Shown in pieces: positions 1 to 13,800 of a DNA stretch of 64,000 nt. This DNA is from Eledone cirrhosa (Eukaryota): NCBI GenBank assembly GCA_964016885.1, contig OZ024740.1, positions 405,418,001-405,482,000 on the forward strand, in the 5' to 3' direction. Within the stretch, counting starts at the first letter, position 1; each line of letters begins with the position of its first letter. The position numbers were made by a program, and so were the translations under genes. The notes under the pieces are model-generated. The model had not been told where the DNA came from. It searched no databases and saw only the letters and a program-made list of their open reading frames with translations.

Positions 1-270
1 GCTCGGCTGAGGCAGGCATCAAGCAGATGGTCCCGGCATAAGCAGTTGAAGGCATTCCTCATGTCAAGCTTGACAATGAGATGCCTAGAGTCCCTGGATG
101 CCGGTTCCGGTGGGCAGCTGTTGAAGAACTGCCTGGTTGCATGTGCGGCCCCCTCACAGCCACTGGACACGCTGACACCCAGTTGCACCGGACTGAACTC
201 CTCACCCAGTCTGGGTGTTATGGACCTGCAGACCGCCTTGTCAGCCAGCCTCTGGAAGACATTGCCCACA
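1..270 (-). mobile_element. CRE-clade non-LTR retrotransposon RT fragment
   Basis: Minus-strand translation PVQLGVSVSSGCEGAAHATRQF...VKLDMRNAFN fits CRE RT motifs. Confidence 0.75.
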
Positions 271-345
271 GTGATTTTGTATATCATGGTTTGAAAATAT
301 GTATGTATATGTTACAGGGTTTACCATATAACATATACTATATAT

Positions 346-565
346 AATGGTTTCTGTTTTAGGAACAAGGCCAATCATTTTTTGGTAGTGGTAAGTTGAA
401 TAAATCAGCCTCAGTGCATTACTGGTGCTTTATTTTATCGACCCAGTAAGGATGAAAGGCAAAGTTAACCTCGACAGTATTTGAATTCAGAATGTAAAGG
501 GGCGTATTTAATATATGCTGCAAAGCATGTTGTTCGACGCTCTACCGATTACTGTCAATCTACCA
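346..565 (-). mobile_element. tRNA-derived SINE with Nin-like domain
   Basis: Reverse complement of gcctttcatcctt...gggtcgataaaataaag core repeated across the window. Confidence 0.8.
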
Positions 566-589
566 ATATAATGAGTGATGATTGTAGAG

Positions 590-900
590 CAGCAGAGAAG
601 GCTGAGAAGAACAAAAATGTAAATAGTTCAGTGGATGAATAAAGTATCACTCACTGAATTGCATTGCATGATGGGAATTGAAAGAGTGAGGGGTGTTATG
701 ACAGGGAAAGGAATGAGATATTGGAGTCATGTGTTAAGGAAGGATGAAAGTGACTGGATGAGAAGAGCAATGGAAATTAATATGGAAGAAAGAGAGAATG
801 AGGAAAACCAAGAAAGACATGGATAAAGATGCTAGAGGAGGAAATATAAGTTAGTGAGAGATGTAGATGATAGGACAAAATGGAAAAGCTTGCTATGGGG
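590..900 (+). mobile_element. Degenerate RTE-type LINE 3' fragment
   Basis: RYWSHVLRKDESDWMRRAM resembles the RTE C-terminal LRWFGHVLR motif. Confidence 0.55.
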
Positions 901-1019
901 CTTGCAACTCTAACTCCTCCTTTAGCAAGGAAGATAACCTTAACAAACTGCTTCTTGTCATACAGTCACTCCAATACATAGAATTTCTATGAAAGCCATT
1001 ATAATAGACTACCACTTAC

Positions 1020-1099
1020 CTGTATATCAGATTTGATTGAAAACTTTTGGCCGTCGCATGATCGAAGAAACTCTGATGGCTGCCAACATTTCTGATTAT
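1020..1099 (-). CDS. Kinase subdomains VIII-IX exon ((D)NQKCWQPSEFLRSCDGQKFSIKSDIQ)
   Basis: Phase 1-0 exon, ttccag|...CAG|gtaagt. Confidence 0.9.
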
Positions 1100-1820
1100 C
1101 TGGAATGAATAATAAAATACAATCTATAAATTGTGATATAAACAATAATTTGTTTTTCTATATGTTAGAAAGTGGGAATGTTTCAAGTGAGAGGTGTTAA
1201 AAGTTTCAACCAATTCCCTTGAAATACTCAATAATATTGTGTCTTTGTCACTCACATCAATCAATTCTCTTGTAGATATCAAGAGTCTATGGGAATGCAA
1301 CACCCTATAGAAAGCTTGTTACTACTATAAATGGTTTCAAAATAAGTATGTATACATGTGTGTGTGTGTGCATATGAATATATGTATATGTGTGTGCATA
1401 TGTATATATATATATAATATGCATATATATATGTGTGCATATGTATATACATATATATGTGTGTGTTTACACATATATGTATGCATATGTATACATGTAT
1501 GCATGTATTGACTACTCTACAATTGTAGCCATTACTCAGAAATTTATGCCAGTTTGTAACACATTTGTTCACAACATTTGTAAGGTGGCATGTATCTTAA
1601 ACTTTCTTTCTATAGACATGTCTATGTTTGTTTACATTCAGCCCAGTAGGCTTTCATTTTGCTGTTTTAGTTTGCATTGTATAACTTATTCTTATACTGG
1701 TATTTAAATACGATACGTTCTTTTAATTATTTATTAAATTGGATTGCTGAGTTAAAATGTCGTATTTCTCAGTGGTGTACAGTTGACATTTTTTTGCTCT
1801 GCTTATGTCTGTTGCTACTG

Positions 1821-1851
<31 letters not shown>

Positions 1852-4800
1852 ACCATTGATGTTTTTGTTAGTGTTTTTGATATTGTTTATAAATAGCTTC
1901 AAGCAACTCAACTTGAGCAAACCTCTGGCATATTGGTAGCCAATTGAATAGGTGTTTAATATCCCAAAATTCAACAAAACTAAATGTTGTACAGTGTTAT
2001 CAAAGAACATGTTATATATGTCATTATATGGTATTTCATTGAGTGGTTATCAGCATTACAACTGAGTAGGTAGGGCAAATTACTTAACAGAATCTCAATT
2101 TATCACAGTCTACTTTGATACCTTTCTGAACTACACAATTGGAGCATATTGGTAATCATCATCATCATCGCCATTTAATGTCCATTTTTCCTGTTGTGAG
2201 CAATGCTAGATCAGGTAACAATGTCTTGCCCATACAGAACTGATTCTGGCTTGGTTTCTACAGCTTCATGCCCTTTCTAACCCCAACCTCATTTACAGTG
2301 AGTACTGGGTGCTTTTTATCATGATGCCTACACGACCACTTTACAGTGTGGACTGGGTATTTTAAAACTCTGAATTATATTTTTTCAGACATTTTTTCAG
2401 ACATTTTTTCAGACATTTTTTCACGCATTTTTTCAGACATTTTTTCACGCTCAGAGTTGCTGAAGCATGGAACAAACTGCCTGCGTCAATTGTTAGCTGC
2501 CGAGACACTGCATCCTTTAAGACACTCATGCTTCCCGAAATACGCCAAAACTACACCTGATGTACCCCTTCCATACACATGCACACATGTGTGTATCATG
2601 GCTCGTGCACTGTTCATTTTACTGATGTTTGTGCATTGCCCTATGTACTGTACATGCACTTTTTTGATGAGTTGTGGTGCACCTGGGCACTGTACACAAT
2701 ATTTCATTATTGTTATTGTTATTATATCATGACTCATACACTGTTCATTTTCCTGACATTTGTACATTATTCTATGTACTATACATGCACCTTTGATGAG
2801 TTGTAGTGCACCTGAGCACTGTACACAATAATTTCATTATTATTATTATATAATAAGGGTCCAGTGTATAAACCCACTGAAAAGATAGATAGAGATGATG
2901 AGAGAATATGTAATCAAATACTTTTAGTTAACTGGTTCTGTGACCAACATTTAATAAATGTTTCCTGGAGAAGTGTTCTGGTGAAACTTACCAGACATCA
3001 TATAATTACAGTTTTGACATTCAGGTCCATGTATCCATGAAGAGTGGAAACCATAATTACTCAGAAGAAGTTTCCCATATACGGTTATGAGAATATTTTT
3101 GGGCTGAAATATAAATAAATGTTTACTTTTAACTTCTTATCATTTAAGAAAAAAAGAAAAACATTTGCAGGAGAAAAACAATAATAGAATAATTTATAAC
3201 ATAAATCACATTTGGTGGTGATGAGTAGTTTCTTTTTCATATGTCCTTGAAACCAATGGTACATCATGGCTTTGGAATTATTATTAAGCCTTTTTATGCC
3301 ATATTTCTAATGAAAGACACTGCTAATAGTTTTCAAATGATTTTGAAAATAATGAAGAATTTGAAGGAGTTTAGTAATATAACAAATTTTCTCATTATTA
3401 AGCTGGTGTTTGGAACATAAAAGTTCTTACATAGAATTATATTGACACAGTTTAGTATCATAGAATTAGGGATGATTTTGATGTGGTTTGGTACCAAAAG
3501 GGTTAAGCCTTTTGTTATTATATTACTACTGAAAGACACTAACTACTATGGTTTTTAAGTAATTTTGAAAATAATGAATCATTTGAAGGGATTTAGTAAT
3601 ATAACTAACTCTCTCATTGTTAAGCTACTTAACATTATTAAGCTACTGAACATAACAAAGGTTCGTACATTAAATTATAATTGAAGAATTTCAGATAAAT
3701 ATAAATACATTAAATTATTGTAGAATCAAGGACAATTTCAGGCTTAACAATAGAGGTTGGGTTATGGTAATGGGGATGTAACGGTAAAAGTACTGATTGA
3801 CTAAATAAGGAACATGGACATTTTAGCTCAATAAGACTTTCCATAACCCTTTCATTATCATATTTCTAATAAAAGACACTTTGTGTTCCAAGTAATTTTG
3901 AAAGTAATCAAGAATTTGGAAGAATTTAGTAATAACTTTCTCATTATTATGGTGTCTAAAACATGATGGAAGGCTTTTAGATAAATATCAACATTTTAAA
4001 ACAACCAGGAGCCATTTCTGACAGTTTGTTATAAACCAGATACATTATAGATGACCCCAGGCTTTACACTGGACATAATCCATCAAAATCTAGTAGCAAA
4101 AGTATTGAGTTAAAGAAAATTACACTGTTCCTTGTTTAGATTGAAAACATCGTTACTGATGATGAAAATGAAGAGAAATGATAGAGAAAGAAAAAGAGAG
4201 AAAGAAGACAATGCGAGAAAAAGAACATAAAAAAGAAAGAAAAAAAGAACAACAGCAACAGCTGCAACAACACTAATGACAATAACAGCAGCTGCAACAG
4301 TAACAGTATCAACAACATTAGCTGTAGTATGACCATAATATCTTCTGCAATGGTGATTACCTCAAGTCGTCCATGTACAATATTATTGTCATGTAAATAT
4401 TTCAGGCTGCTAATCATGTGCCAGAAGAGGTAAGAGGCTGTATTGGAGTCAAATTTATTGGAGTACTTCTTCCAATCAATGTATTCTTTGAGGTTGCACT
4501 CACATAGGTTCATTGTGGCCAGGAAGAATTTCTGGCCAACCATCACAGACTGGAAATAAACAGAAATAACTATTGTATTAACTATATAGACTTTTTATCA
4601 GTCTGTCACACAAACGTCATGATCTTAAAATGTCTACTAATATAAATGCCTTGTGTATTTGTCCATCACACACTAGAAATGACTGAGGAAGGAAGGGATG
4701 ATTGCGTCAACTGAGGAAGGAAGGGGTGTCTAAGCAGCGTCTAACATTCGCTACACCTTTGTGTATATATATGTATAGTGAATTGGCTACACACATTGGT

Positions 4801-7800
4801 TATGGTTATGTGTGTGTGTGTAAATTATGTTTATATATATTTATGTGAGTGTATATCTGTTTGTGTGTTTATTTAGAAAAATACATAGGCAATAGTATTG
4901 CAAACACACACAAATCTACACATACATATATATATATATACATATATATATATACACAGACAGACTTAGAAAAAATAATTATTACATACACACACATCTA
5001 TGTGATGACTGTGGAAGGAGGGGGGTTAGAAACTATAGAACTAAGATTCACCACACTTGTGTGGGTATATGTGTAGCGATATGGCTACACACATAGTTTG
5101 TGTCTTTGTATCGCTTGCATGAGTGAGTGCAAAGGAACCAACCAACAAACAAACAAACGTCTCTTTTTTATATTATGTATAGATATTACAATTAGCTGTC
5201 TATTTTGACAGTATGGTGCCAGCTAGTATATTTATCCTAAACGGACGGTAGTCCATTTAGTAATATTGTTGTGGTCGTGTTTTCGTTGGCAATCGTCTGT
5301 TTACGACAGTACAGCACGGCTCTACTTTATTTAACTGAGATAAAACTTATATGAGCATGAACAGTAGATCATTACGCATCTTTTGGCTTAAAAATCTAGA
5401 AATTTGGTCCAGCGGGAAAAAGTTTATAATCAAAGTTTGCTGATAAATCTTGTGTTCAAGTGAGTGAGTAGTAAGCGTGACGCTAGGGAGGTAATTACGA
5501 GGTAATTACGATTCTCTCTCTATTATCTAATATATTTCAAATTGTATTTTTAACTAAATTCATTTATCATAGTCTAATATTTTTAAAATAGGTGAGTGCT
5601 CCACGATGATGACCCATGTCCCCGCCATGTGGAGGGGATGCTTAGAGAAGCCATCCAGATATCATGTGACCATTTTTGGTTTGCGGTGAACACATGATAT
5701 CTGGATGGCCCTTTATACTAATTAGTCATTTATCTGCATAAAAATTATACCAGATCATTCTGATTATTGGCTTGAAATCTTTTACAAAATTAGTATGAGC
5801 AACTAAGGGGTCATCAGTAGAAATAGAATTACTTTTTGAAGTTTTCATGCACAGCATTTTTTGGGATTTAAAATAAAAGTTAATATCATAATTCTTATTT
5901 TGTATACCCACATTGCAGATACAGAGAAACATGACAATCCTATATAAAGGTCGTAGACAGCAGTATCAGTTTTTATCCGTAACACCATTGAAATGCACAA
6001 GTTTCACCAATTCACTATTATGCACTAATCATCTCAAATGCATTCATGATTTACTAGCTTTGTCATTAAGCCAGTTGCCTCAACTAGATTGCAATTATAC
6101 TCAAAAGAACTTTAAAATGTCAATCACTTGTCAGTAATTCACTATGATCATTTAATTATTAGATAGTTGTTGCTTGCATTGCCTTAAAAAGTAGTAGACC
6201 AGATAGAAAAATGCGTACAGCAAAAAAAAGTAATATTGTTGGAATATAAACCTTTAAAAATACAGGACAAGAAACTAAAATAAAACTTTAAAAGAATAGG
6301 ACAAGAAACTAAGATAAAACTTTAAAGAATTGGACAAGAAATAAAAAATGTTACAATAATATTAGTGGAAAATGTTTTTTATTCGTTTCCTGTGCTATGC
6401 CCCAGTATCTTCTTGATTAGTGCATAATAATTGTCATGCTCTCATTGTGCGTTTCCCCTGAGCGGTTGGTTCTAGTTGGGGTTGGTTGGCTGAGCAGTTC
6501 TGCTCCGTCAGAATGACCAGTGCAAGAAGAATTGGCCGATGCAGCTGCAGGTCTCCTCCAAGAATGCACTTCTGGTCCCGCAACACCAGACGAAGATGGA
6601 GAAGACGACCGGGACAAGATGTCGACTCTGACCACCGATTACGGCACCTCCCTCAACCACCGGTCCTCCCTCCCTCTGTCCCGTCATCCCTCCAGTCCTC
6701 CTGCTCCCCCTTCCTGTACCAGAAAGCTGTGGAACGCATTCATCTGGACTGCCGGACTTGAACTCAAGGACAAGATGCAAGGAGAAGATGGACAGGTTGG
6801 TCAAGATCAAGGATGAGCGGGACGACAAGACCGTCCGCTGCTGCTCAAGATCTGTGCTCATGGTCCCATGGGTCCATTCACATTATGCATGACACATGAG
6901 GCGTGTCGCCGAATGATGAGATAGGGGTATGGTTATGGCCCAATTGGTGTTCAAACTAGGATCAAATGATCCCCCGGTCTGACGACGACCTCTGAATGTG
7001 GAACCCAGAGCCTATGAATGTGGAACTCGATTTTTTACCAATAAAAATTTTGCCACTAATATTATTGTAAATTTTTTTATTTCTTGTCCAATTCTTTAAA
7101 GTTTTATCTTAGTTTCTTGTCCTATTCTTTTAAAGTTTTATTTTAGTTTCTTGTCCTGTATTTTTAAAGGTTTATATTCCAACAATATTACTTTTTTTTG
7201 CTGTACGCATTTTTCTATCTGGTAATTCATGGAACACAAATGTAACTCAAAAGAAGGTCATGGGACAAATGTTTGAAATGTTCTGAAATGTTTGCATTCA
7301 TACTGGAAATCAGTGTTTTCTGTCAATAGTGTTCTATCTATCTAAGGGAGTTGTAGGGGTGCCATATTAACATACAGCATTTCAATGGAATTTTTTTTAA
7401 CTGGTGGAGCCCATCTCCTCTCCAGGTCAAAATATAATAAATTTCTTCCAGAGAAAAATAGACAGTGAGAGAATTGAAATGAGAAAGAGATATAGAGGAA
7501 GAATCAACTCCTGTACTTGACTGGTACTTTTTTTATAGACCTCGAATGATTTGCCTCAGCAGGATTTGAACTCAGAGCTTAGAGAGCCAAAACAAATACC
7601 ACATTCTATCCGACATTCTAACAACCCTGCCAATTTGCTGCCTTTCCAATATGATAGCTCTATCTAAAAAAATAGGCTGTGTTTTTCTTCATGTAGAGCT
7701 TGTATAGAATGCTTTGTAGCTGTTATGGTAGTTTGGGAAACTTGCAACTAGTTTGTTGTTAAGCTTATTTTTGTATAGACAAAGGTTTTTCTGGGGATTG

Positions 7801-10800
7801 CAACATAAAAGGGGCAAGGTAGATGTAGTTAGTATTTTTTAACTTAAGGCCAGCTCTAACTGAGTAGATTATAATTTAAGGTGTTCCAGCTTTTAGCATC
7901 CTATCTTTATCCAAGATTATATTATGTAATGGTGTGTGATTTGAGGGAGATTTGGCTGCTATTTCTAACTAGTAAGGCAACCATGTAGAGGCTCCATCAC
8001 TGATGGGTGTACAATTGAAAATAGTAGTTTGTTGATGGCTGTGTTGCAAATATCATGTGTATTTAATAAGGCTAAATTTTCACTTGAAATTTCTCCCTTC
8101 TAGTGACAGGACTCTCATTAATGTATAGATGATATGTTAGATACATAGAATTTAAGGAAGATGTCAGGAGCTCATTACAGACTGAAGATGGTAGCCATTA
8201 TTTATTAACAGATTAACCTGAGTAGACTGTCATGGAATTTCAGCCACACTAGCATCATAATTTTACCATCTCAGAATTCTCTGTGATCCACAAAATTCTA
8301 TAGATTGAAGTCCAAAAAATATAACTTCTGCTCATCCACTTTTCTATGAATTATGTAACATTAAAAACTCCCTTGATTAGAAGATTCATTTGAAAAATGT
8401 AAGTTATTGTTTTTAAATCTGTTCTTTCATGGTTGTATGGGTTGGTTGAAAGTCAGGGTTTATTCCAGTGACAAGACTCCACCTTGAGCAAGATGCCAGT
8501 TCATTGCATGGCTAACTTCCAGCTACTATTACTGCAGGTACTCATGCTCAATTTAATGTTGGTCAAGTTCACTTGACCAACATTAAATGGAATACTTTAC
8601 TCAAGGGCACAATATGCCATCCAGTCTGGGAAATGAACCATGACCATATGCACATGAATCCAACACCCTAACCACTTGGTCATGTGATTTTGGTGTCTTA
8701 GAAATGAAAGGTCTATAATTTTTTTACAAATAAAATCTTACTTTATAGTTCACCACAAACCTGGAATCCAGGCTTGCTTGTGAAAGTTTCCTGAGGGCCC
8801 CACATACAACAGGACATTCATTTGCTCGATACAACTTGACAGCCAGCTCAGTTCCATCAGACAAAAGTCCCACAACAACAAAATGGTTACCCCTGAAGTA
8901 ATATAGCAGTGAGAAAATAATTATTTATTAAATTTCTCTGAATAAATGTCATTCAACTTGTACCACATGAGAAAACTGGGCAATGACAAAACAAACAAAA
9001 TATGAAATATAGAATAGTTTTTAATTATTGAAATCAATTTTATAGTTATATTTAATCATGTCAAAACACTAGAAAATCATTTACTCAATGAACAAACAAG
9101 TAATTACAACAAAGTCTATGAAAACAATAAAGCAAAACCAGAAATAATAGTAAAATCTGAAAACGGAAAAATATTTAGTGTTTAACATTTATTTTGATAG
9201 CCTAGTGTGAGGAGGGAACTGAAAAAATCAGTCCATTACATCAATCATTTGAGCAACAAAATATCTTTTAAAAACATTATTTATGGTAGTTATACCCATG
9301 CATACATGCGTGCGTGTGTGTGTGTGACAGCTCACACCTATGCAGGTTTAGCTGGCCTCCTCCAAGGTATATCTCGTTGGAGGTGTCTTGGGTAATTTAA
9401 TGATAGGGACCCCAGTCCTATCGTCAATATCCATGCCAACTTAAAGAATGCCACAGTGCTGAAATATGCAGATGACATCAAGCTGTACCTTGAGATAAAA
9501 AGGACAGATCCTCTATGCTATAAATCTTTCCTGCAATCAGACCTGGACACAATGCAGCAATGGATTACAGACTGGCAACTCAAGCTGACTGCGAACAATT
9601 GTACCGTCATACATTTTGAGAGGAAAAACTCAGTTTTCACATACTCTATCCACAACACCAATCTCAAGAAGTCTTCTTGTGAACATGGCCTAGGCATTAT
9701 TGTCAACAGCGATTTGTGTTGGACAAAGCACATCTTTAAAATTGTCAAGAAGGCCAAAGATGTCTTAGCATCACTCAGTAAGACCTTTGTTAGCCACTCT
9801 CCAGCTATCTATTTAAAGCTGTATATAGTTATGGTGCATCCACACTTAGAATGTGCATCACCAGTCTGGAAGGAGAAAGTTAATTATATCAACCCCAATA
9901 CTTAACTGGTACTTTATTTTATCACCCATGGAATCATTAAGTTGAATTTGGTTGCATTTCAACTTAGAATGTAGAAAGTCATAACTATATACCACCAATC
10001 ATTTTGTCCAATGCTCTACTGATTCTGCCAATCACTACCCTTAGCCTATCTATAATAACAACCAAAACAGCACCACAGATGCATTCACCACTTCTCCTTT
10101 TGTTAATATTTCTGTCAAGGTGTCAAGTAAATCTGTCACTAAATACTTTGTCCATTTCCTCCTCCACAAAACCATAACTCCCTGGATCTCTTTCTTTGTT
10201 CACCTTTTCTCTCTAGATCTCAAATTGAAGCAGAACATCAGCCAAATTCACCTCAACCGTTTGGGTGAGCCTGGAAAAATTCAGACACCATGCTTCCTCG
10301 ACTAAATACATTTTAAAAATGCATCTTAGACATAAATATAGATGCCCCTTATATAAAGCCATGTGTATATTTACAAATTTAAGATGCAAAATAACTTCTT
10401 TTTTTTTCTTCAGTTTAGTCAAGGTTTCTGAGACTGAGAGAAAGATATCCTCAAACCAGAGACTCATTCCAAATGCTTGCAACAGAGTGGACTTCACGAA
10501 AGGTACTTAAATGCCATGGGGGTTAAACTGAACACTGGATTACATCTACCAACCTAGTAGACCACAGCAGTATTTGAACTCAGAATACAAAGAGCCAGAA
10601 CAAATACTACAAAGCATCTCATCCAATGCTCTAACAATTCCACCACTCCATCACCTTGAACAGGTACTTTATTTTATCAATCCCAAAAGAATGAAAGGTG
10701 ATGTTGATATTGGTGGGATTTGAACTCAGAACACTAAAACAAATTCTATAAGGCATTTTGTCCTATACTTTAACAACTCTGCCAATTCTCCACCTTATGG

Positions 10801-13800
10801 TTTGTATGTAAATATTTCTGCAGATTTTAGAAACATTGCAATATAATAGTCAATGATTTGTTTTTTATTTCTGGATTATAAATAGTATTTTAGTATTAAA
10901 CACAGTTAATATGATGCTTCAATGACTATCGTCCATTTTCCATGCTAGCATACCTTCAGTATCTTTCTTACACTATATCTATTTTTATATGCCAATACAT
11001 CAATCAACTAAACAGCAGATATGATATATATAGAGATTCCAACAACTTTCTTCTGGCATGGTTATAAGTACCACTCTTTTTTTCCAGTCTAAATAAAATA
11101 AAAGATAAAACTTGTGCGAAATAATCATCATTTAATTCCATTCTTCCATGCTGGCATGAGTTGGACAGACACATGAAATCAGTATTTTATTGGAGTCCCA
11201 TTACATCACCATGTATTCAGTGACAGGAGGTAGGATTTGAACTCAGAATGCTCAGAGCCAGAATAAATGCCACAAACAGATACAAACGCTCTAATAATTT
11301 TGGTAATCTGCAACCCTGGACTGGTTCTCTATCAACTCTGAAAGGTAAAGTTGACTTTTGTGGGATTTGAACTTAGAGCACAGAAAACTGTATCAGATAC
11401 TACAAATCATTTAATCCAATGCTCTAATGACTGCCAATTCATCCCCTATATTGATACTCTAGTAATTATCCATGAAATGAGATTGATACCTATTTTCAGC
11501 AGAGCTGATTGAAGCAAGCAGATTAGTTTTGTTTTGTCTAAGAAAACTAAGCAATTTCATAGCTAGTACACTCCTAAATAATTTACTTAAGTATTACAAA
11601 AATATTATGTCCATTGGTTACCTTACATTGATGTTGTAGTTTCTGATATAAAGTGGTAAAATAACATCTTCAACATAACACAGGTTTCTAGGTGGGAGCC
11701 GTAGTAGATGATTCACATGCCTTTGCCATCGTACAGACTTCTGGTGATTTCCAAACTGACTGAAAGACTTCTTAATATCACTGAATATTGTTGGCTGTTT
11801 TAAAGATGATGGAATATTTAATTTTGCTTTTAGAGTATTATTTTTATTGGCTTCTTTCACTGATGACTTTGCTAAGTGGTAACTAATACGATATCCTGTG
11901 GATACATTTGAAGAGAATATTTCTGGAAAATCCGACATGAGGCTGTCTTTTTCTTTCTGACTGAAATATGTCATGTAGTAAAATGCATTATGGTTATAGA
12001 CCAAATCTCTTGTGACAGAATTTTGACAAAGCTGTTGCAAATACTGACGCATCCACATTAATTGTATATCTCTGAAGGCAGGGCTGCTTCTTACAGAGGA
12101 GAGATTAAGGCAGGTTGGATCTTTACTGAATCTAGCCATATGATACCATCTGGTCTCTGTTTTCTTCAAATAATTTTCCTTGTTATAATCTGGGTATTGT
12201 TTTGTAGTAGTTAAAGAAGATTTTTTCATGATTTTTCCAACAGTCTCAGATACATTTACTGTTTTTTGATTATGCTTTTCATCAATTTTTCGTTGAATTG
12301 GGAGTAAAAGGTCTTGGAAGAAATGTGAATTCACTGACTGTGCCCTCTCTCTAAGATTAAAATCTTTTGAAAGAGAATTATTAGTAAAATCTTCCTTTAC
12401 TGATTTAATTTTAAAGTTTTCTTTATTATTATGATGGTTATATTCCATCTGTAAATAATTTTCTTTGTTGGCTGACATATCTTGGGATTTTATTACTGAA
12501 TTTATAGACTCATGGTTTCTTGAACTGTTAAAACATTTCTGTGTACTTTGTACGGCTGTGTAATTTGAAGCTGGTTCTACATCTGGTATAATATTTACAT
12601 TTACATTTTGTGTGACACCTAAATCTTGTGTGACACCTAAATCTTGTGTGACACATAAATCTTGTGTAACACCTAAATCTTGCATAACACCTAAATCTTG
12701 CGTAACACCTAAATCTTGTGTAACACCTACATTTTGTGTGACACCTAAATCTTGTGTAACACCTAAATCTTGAGTAACACCTACATTTTGTGTGACACCT
12801 ACATTTTGTGTGACACCTACATTTTGTGTGACACCTACATTTTGTGTGACACCTAAATCTTGTGTAACACCTACACTTTGTGTGACACCTAAATCTTGTG
12901 TGACACCTAAATCTTGTGTAACACCTAAATCTTGTGTAACATCTAAATCTGATGTATCATTTAAATCTGGTATATCATTTAAATCTGATGTATCATTTAA
13001 ATCTGATGTATCATTTAAATCTGATGTATCATCTGAATCTGGAAAGCTATTTACATCTGGTATAATACCTACATCTGATGTAACATCTACACAGGGTGGA
13101 ACATCTACATTTGTTGCATTATTTACATCTGGTATAATATCTTCATGTGGTGTATTATCTAAATCTGGTGCAACATTTACATCTGATGAAGTATGGATGA
13201 CTGGTGTATGTTTTTTCTCTGGAAAAACTTGTGAAACAGAGTCATGTTGTTTTGTTGGTATTGTAGTTGGTGGAATTTGCTCAGTAGTTGCAACTTTCAT
13301 TACATCAGGCCCATTCTTTTGGACACCATTTTCAGTATGCAAAGATTTCTTATCAATTTTGGTTGGTTTCCAATCTTTCTCCGATTCAAAATGTATGGAA
13401 GGCATAAAGAATGGTAAACCTACATTAGATTCTTTACTTGGATTAGAAATATGAGTATCTCCTACTTGAATCTCTGGTTTTGTTTCCACTGATCCATGAT
13501 TGTTGTCAACCAAATTATCTTCACTTTTGCAATAAGATTCAATCTTAGCTATCAGTAATTCTTCAAGGCTTATTTTTCCCTTTTTATGTTGAGAATCCAA
13601 AACTGAGCTATATGTACAATTAACGTTCTGTTTTGAAACTAAATTTGATTTGTTTTTCTTGAGAAAATATGGATAAGGAGATGGTGTAGAATTTATAGAA
13701 CTTCTTCTTCCACTCTATAAAAGAATAAACATAAAAATTTATCAAAATAACCATTCATAGAAAATTACAAAATTCACTTGAAATGAAGTCAATACTAATG

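Noticed and set aside
1279-2010. ORFs rich in Y/I/H/T/C/V/L
   Set aside because: Translations of (TA)/(CA)/(CTA) microsatellites; likewise ORFs at 32218-32501, 50104-50595 and 54242-55463.
12792-13454. 220-aa plus-strand ORF
   Set aside because: Antisense shadow of the repeat-containing exon.
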